This document shows positions 61,365-64,000 of a stretch of DNA of 64,000 bases, piece after piece. A model generated the notes under the pieces. That model made no database searches. It was not told the origin of the DNA and saw nothing but the letters and a program-made list of their open reading frames with translations. The stretch is from Candidatus Omnitrophota bacterium (GTDB lineage Bacteria; Omnitrophota; Gorgyraeia; Zapsychrales; JAHFFX01): NCBI GenBank assembly GCA_023247725.1, contig JAHFFW010000005.1, positions 25,804 through 89,803 of the forward strand. Direction: 5' to 3'. The stretch's first letter is position 1. Each line of letters opens with the position of its first letter. The position numbers and the translations under genes were made by a program.

Positions 61365-62113
61365 TCTCGATGACCTCATCCTTCGTCATGCCCACTGTCC
61401 TTCCAATGGAACTTTTGACCGAATCCTTGCAGCTGTCAAAATCGAAAGCTCAGGCTCAGTTAGAACAATATCGTTCCATCCAGTTACGATTTTCCCGACG
61501 GGTTTTTTTGATCCCGGACCTGCAGGATCCCAACGCCTCCTCCTGGGCCTCGAGGCAAGGCCAACCGAATTCCTTGAAAGGTTGGGTTGAACAGATTTTT
61601 CAAAATCCGGAGAATTTTTTTATCCTGAATTTTTGGAAAGAGGCGCAGATTTGTCCTGAACTTTTCCAGCTGGCCGAACGACTGAACCGAAAGCTCCTTG
61701 CCTTGACCGATCGTCAACCATTGGATGTGATCGCCATTGGATCCGGGAATCTGATCTTACGGGCTTGGCGCATGAAGTACTCAGATTTGCCTGCCGTGCA
61801 TCGATGCATCAGCATCCACCCTAAGATGGAATCCATGCCAAGTGTTCGAGGAAGCCATGATTTTAAAGCAGAAATCGAAAGGCTTGACCAGGTCGAAGAA
61901 CGCCGTCGATTCCTCGAACGAATACAGTCCCTGATCCAAATCATGGCGCCCTTCCCAAGTGCAGATGGCTCCAGTATTTTGAAGAAGGCTGGTATTGAAA
62001 AGATTTACGAACAGAAGGTACAGGATGGGGTTTGGAATAATGGTCTTTCTAAAGAATCGATGGGAACCGATCCAAGAATGATTTTGTTGATTGTCCGGGT
62101 TTTGACTCATTGA
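61361..62113 (+). CDS. hypothetical protein
   Basis: ORF overlaps the stop of the upstream gene. No family recognised. The true start may be the ATG at 61370 or 61388. Confidence 0.4.
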   Translation: MISMTSSFVMPTVLPMELLTESLQLSKSKAQAQLEQYRSIQLRFSRRVFLIPDLQDPNASSWASRQGQPNSLKGWVEQIFQNPENFFILNFWKEAQICPELFQLAERLNRKLLALTDRQPLDVIAIGSGNLILRAWRMKYSDLPAVHRCISIHPKMESMPSVRGSHDFKAEIERLDQVEERRRFLERIQSLIQIMAPFPSADGSSILKKAGIEKIYEQKVQDGVWNNGLSKESMGTDPRMILLIVRVLTH

Positions 62114-62126
62114 TGATGGAGTCTCG

Positions 62127-62672
62127 ATGGAAAAACAGGAAAAAATTTTGGAGAGAAAATCCTTGAAAGTAGTTCGCTTTCATAAAAGAAAACCTGGCTC
62201 CCACTTCCAATGCCCCGCGTTTCTTCTTTTATTTTCCTTCATTTTAATTTTTGGAACCTCGATGGTCTGCTTTGCCTCTGAACCTTCCGAAGATTCCTGC
62301 CCTCCGTCCGGATGCGCCGAACGTTCGCCGCCGGATTTGAGTCAAATCGACGTCGCAGAAATTACCTACGATGAATTCAGGGCTTTGAAATCTTCGACGG
62401 AGCCCTATATCCTGCTTGATACCCGGCCGGTCACGAGCTTCACCACAGGACATATCGAGGGCGCCTTCTCTTTTCCTTTGGCTGACATAAGCACTCAGAA
62501 GGTCCGTAAGCTTCTTCCTCAGGGAATTAAGATTGTGGTTTATTGCCAAAGCGCCTCTTGCAGCGCGAGCCGTCATGCGGCCCAGAAATTGAAAAGTTTG
62601 GATTACGATGTCGTCGATTATCATGGCGGGGTTCAGGAATGGACCCAAAAAGGTCAGACTCTGGTCAAATGA
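62127..62672 (+). CDS. membrane-anchored rhodanese-domain sulfurtransferase with Cys-rich N-terminal segment
   Basis: Rhodanese fold (YILLDTRPVTSFTTGHIEGAFSFP...VVYCQSASCSASRHAAQ) with active-site Cys. N-terminal TM helix followed by CPPSGC. Confidence 0.75.
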   Translation: MEKQEKILERKSLKVVRFHKRKPGSHFQCPAFLLLFSFILIFGTSMVCFASEPSEDSCPPSGCAERSPPDLSQIDVAEITYDEFRALKSSTEPYILLDTRPVTSFTTGHIEGAFSFPLADISTQKVRKLLPQGIKIVVYCQSASCSASRHAAQKLKSLDYDVVDYHGGVQEWTQKGQTLVK

Positions 62673-62702
62673 ATTTTAACCACTAACCGCGGTTAAATTT
62701 TT

Positions 62703-64000
62703 ATGGAACTCACCGAAACCGATTTTTCCCGACTACCAAAATATGAACCGCGCCGATTTGTCAGTGAAGAGGCCAATCTCGGAGACAAAGATGCGGTCGT
62801 AGAAATTTATCAAAAACTCATCGAGCGTCCAATCAATTCTTCCTCGGAACTTTCCCGGTGGATTCGGGATCGTTCGGAACTGGAAGCGGTTCTCGAGCAG
62901 CATTCTACCTTGCTGTATATCCGTATGACCTGCCAGACCGATAGTCCCCAAAGAGCGCAGGCTTATCGTCATTTTATTGAGACCGTTGTGCCGGCGGTCA
63001 AGCCCTTGCAGGATCAATTGAATTTGAAATATCTGGGAGAAGCCAAACGTTTTCCTCTCGATCCCGAATTTTACCGCATCTATGATCGCAAGATCAAAAC
63101 CGATGCTGAGCTTTTTAATTCCGCCAACGTCCCCCTGCAAACGCAAGAGGCGTTATTATGTCAAGATTATCAAACCTTATGCGGCGCCTTGACCGTTCAG
63201 TTTGAAGGCAGGGAGAGGACGTTGCCGGAAATGACCAAATTCTTATTGGAACCGCAGAGGTCATTGCGGGAATCGGCTTGGCGAGCCACGGCGCAAAGAC
63301 GATATAAAGAGAAGGACCGCCTTGACGAGCTTTTCGATCGAATGCTCTCGCTGCGCCGGCAGATGGCGCAGAATTCCGGATGCAAAAGTTATACCGAATA
63401 CCAGTTCCGTGCCTATCATCGGTTTGATTACACTCCCGAGGATTGCCAGCGTTATCACGACAGCGTCGAACGATTGATTATTCCCTTATGGGCGAAGATC
63501 CTTAAGAAACGCAAGGAACTCATGCATGTCGCCAGCCTTCGCCCGTGGGATCTCTTGGTCGATCCCTTGGGGAGGCCGGGGCTCAAACCCTTTTCTCAAA
63601 TCCGCCAATTGATTGACGGAGTCAACGCCATCCTCGAACGCACCGATCCGGAATTAGGCCGCCAGTTTTCGCAAATCGCGAATTTGGGACTGCTGGACCT
63701 TTCCAGTCGGAAAGGAAAGGCTCCGGGCGGATATCAAAGTACCCTCACCGAGGCAAGGAAGCCTTTTATCTTCATGAACGCCGTCGGGATCGATAGTGAT
63801 GTGCGCACGCTGCTGCATGAGGCAGGTCATGCGTTTCATGCGCTCGCTTGCGCCCACCAGCCCGTTTTTCTTTACCGGCATGCCCCTATGGAATTTTGCG
63901 AGGTCGCCTCCATGTCCATGGAACTTTTGGGCGGCGACCACCTGGATGTCTTTTATGGGAAGGAAGATTACGAGCGTTCCCAAAACACGCATTTGGAGGA
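62703..64000 (+). CDS. pepF: M3-family oligoendopeptidase F (PepF-like), 3'-truncated by the window edge
   Basis: Not in the ORF track because no stop is reached. Manual translation from the ATG at 62703 is open to the window end and contains the zinc motif HEAGHAFH and the downstream EVASM region. Confidence 0.8.
   Translation, partial: MELTETDFSRLPKYEPRRFVSEEANLGDKDAVVEIYQKLIERPINSSSELSRWIRDRSELEAVLEQHSTLLYIRMTCQTDSPQRAQAYRHFIETVVPAVKPLQDQLNLKYLGEAKRFPLDPEFYRIYDRKIKTDAELFNSANVPLQTQEALLCQDYQTLCGALTVQFEGRERTLPEMTKFLLEPQRSLRESAWRATAQRRYKEKDRLDELFDRMLSLRRQMAQNSGCKSYTEYQFRAYHRFDYTPEDCQRYHDSVERLIIPLWAKILKKRKELMHVASLRPWDLLVDPLGRPGLKPFSQIRQLIDGVNAILERTDPELGRQFSQIANLGLLDLSSRKGKAPGGYQSTLTEARKPFIFMNAVGIDSDVRTLLHEAGHAFHALACAHQPVFLYRHAPMEFCEVASMSMELLGGDHLDVFYGKEDYERSQNTHLE

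Overview
This reads as a bacterial chromosomal segment of roughly 50% GC. It is almost entirely coding on the + strand. Only one convincing minus-strand gene is present, a GAF-GGDEF diguanylate cyclase. Stop/start overlaps of the ATGA type recur throughout, which implies long translationally coupled operons.

Gene content, in order:
- A 5'-truncated O-antigen-ligase-like gene and a membrane-anchored DNRLRE-like protein.
- pgk-tpiA-secG.
- A five-gene peptide/nickel-type ABC importer operon followed by a large polytopic TPR membrane protein.
- glgC, fabV, a tiny excisionase-type HTH gene coupled to acpP, and smc.
- cvpA, a NIF3-like gene, and dnaG-rpoD.
- A low-GC variable region containing two tRNA(CAU) copies, a TPR gene islet, tRNA-Val and several tRNA-derived sequence fragments.
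- A COG1579 Zn-ribbon gene, rnhA and an RNase P RNA with an unusual AT-rich hairpin insertion.
- yebC-ruvC-ruvA-scpB.
- An aromatic amino-acid cluster (pheA, hisC-family, DAHP synthase, tyrA), cmk, and lepA-lepB (lepB with an N-terminal extension).
- pgsA-plsY.
- A dsbD interrupted in a T8 homopolymer, a thioredoxin-like protein and an ABC-F ATPase.
- A peptidoglycan-binding lipoprotein, an SDR epimerase, pfkB and glgP.
- An unknown HTH-like protein, a CheY-like receiver, a frame-disrupted transglutaminase-like gene, lexA and an SGNH hydrolase.
- Several hypothetical proteins, a membrane rhodanese and a 3'-truncated M3 oligoendopeptidase (pepF).

No CRISPR array, integrase or transposase was recognised. 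The most unusual features are the tRNA-flanked islets with tRNA-derived repeats, the rnhA/rnpB overlap with the RNase P RNA insertion, three frame-disrupted genes, and a repeated REP-like palindrome.
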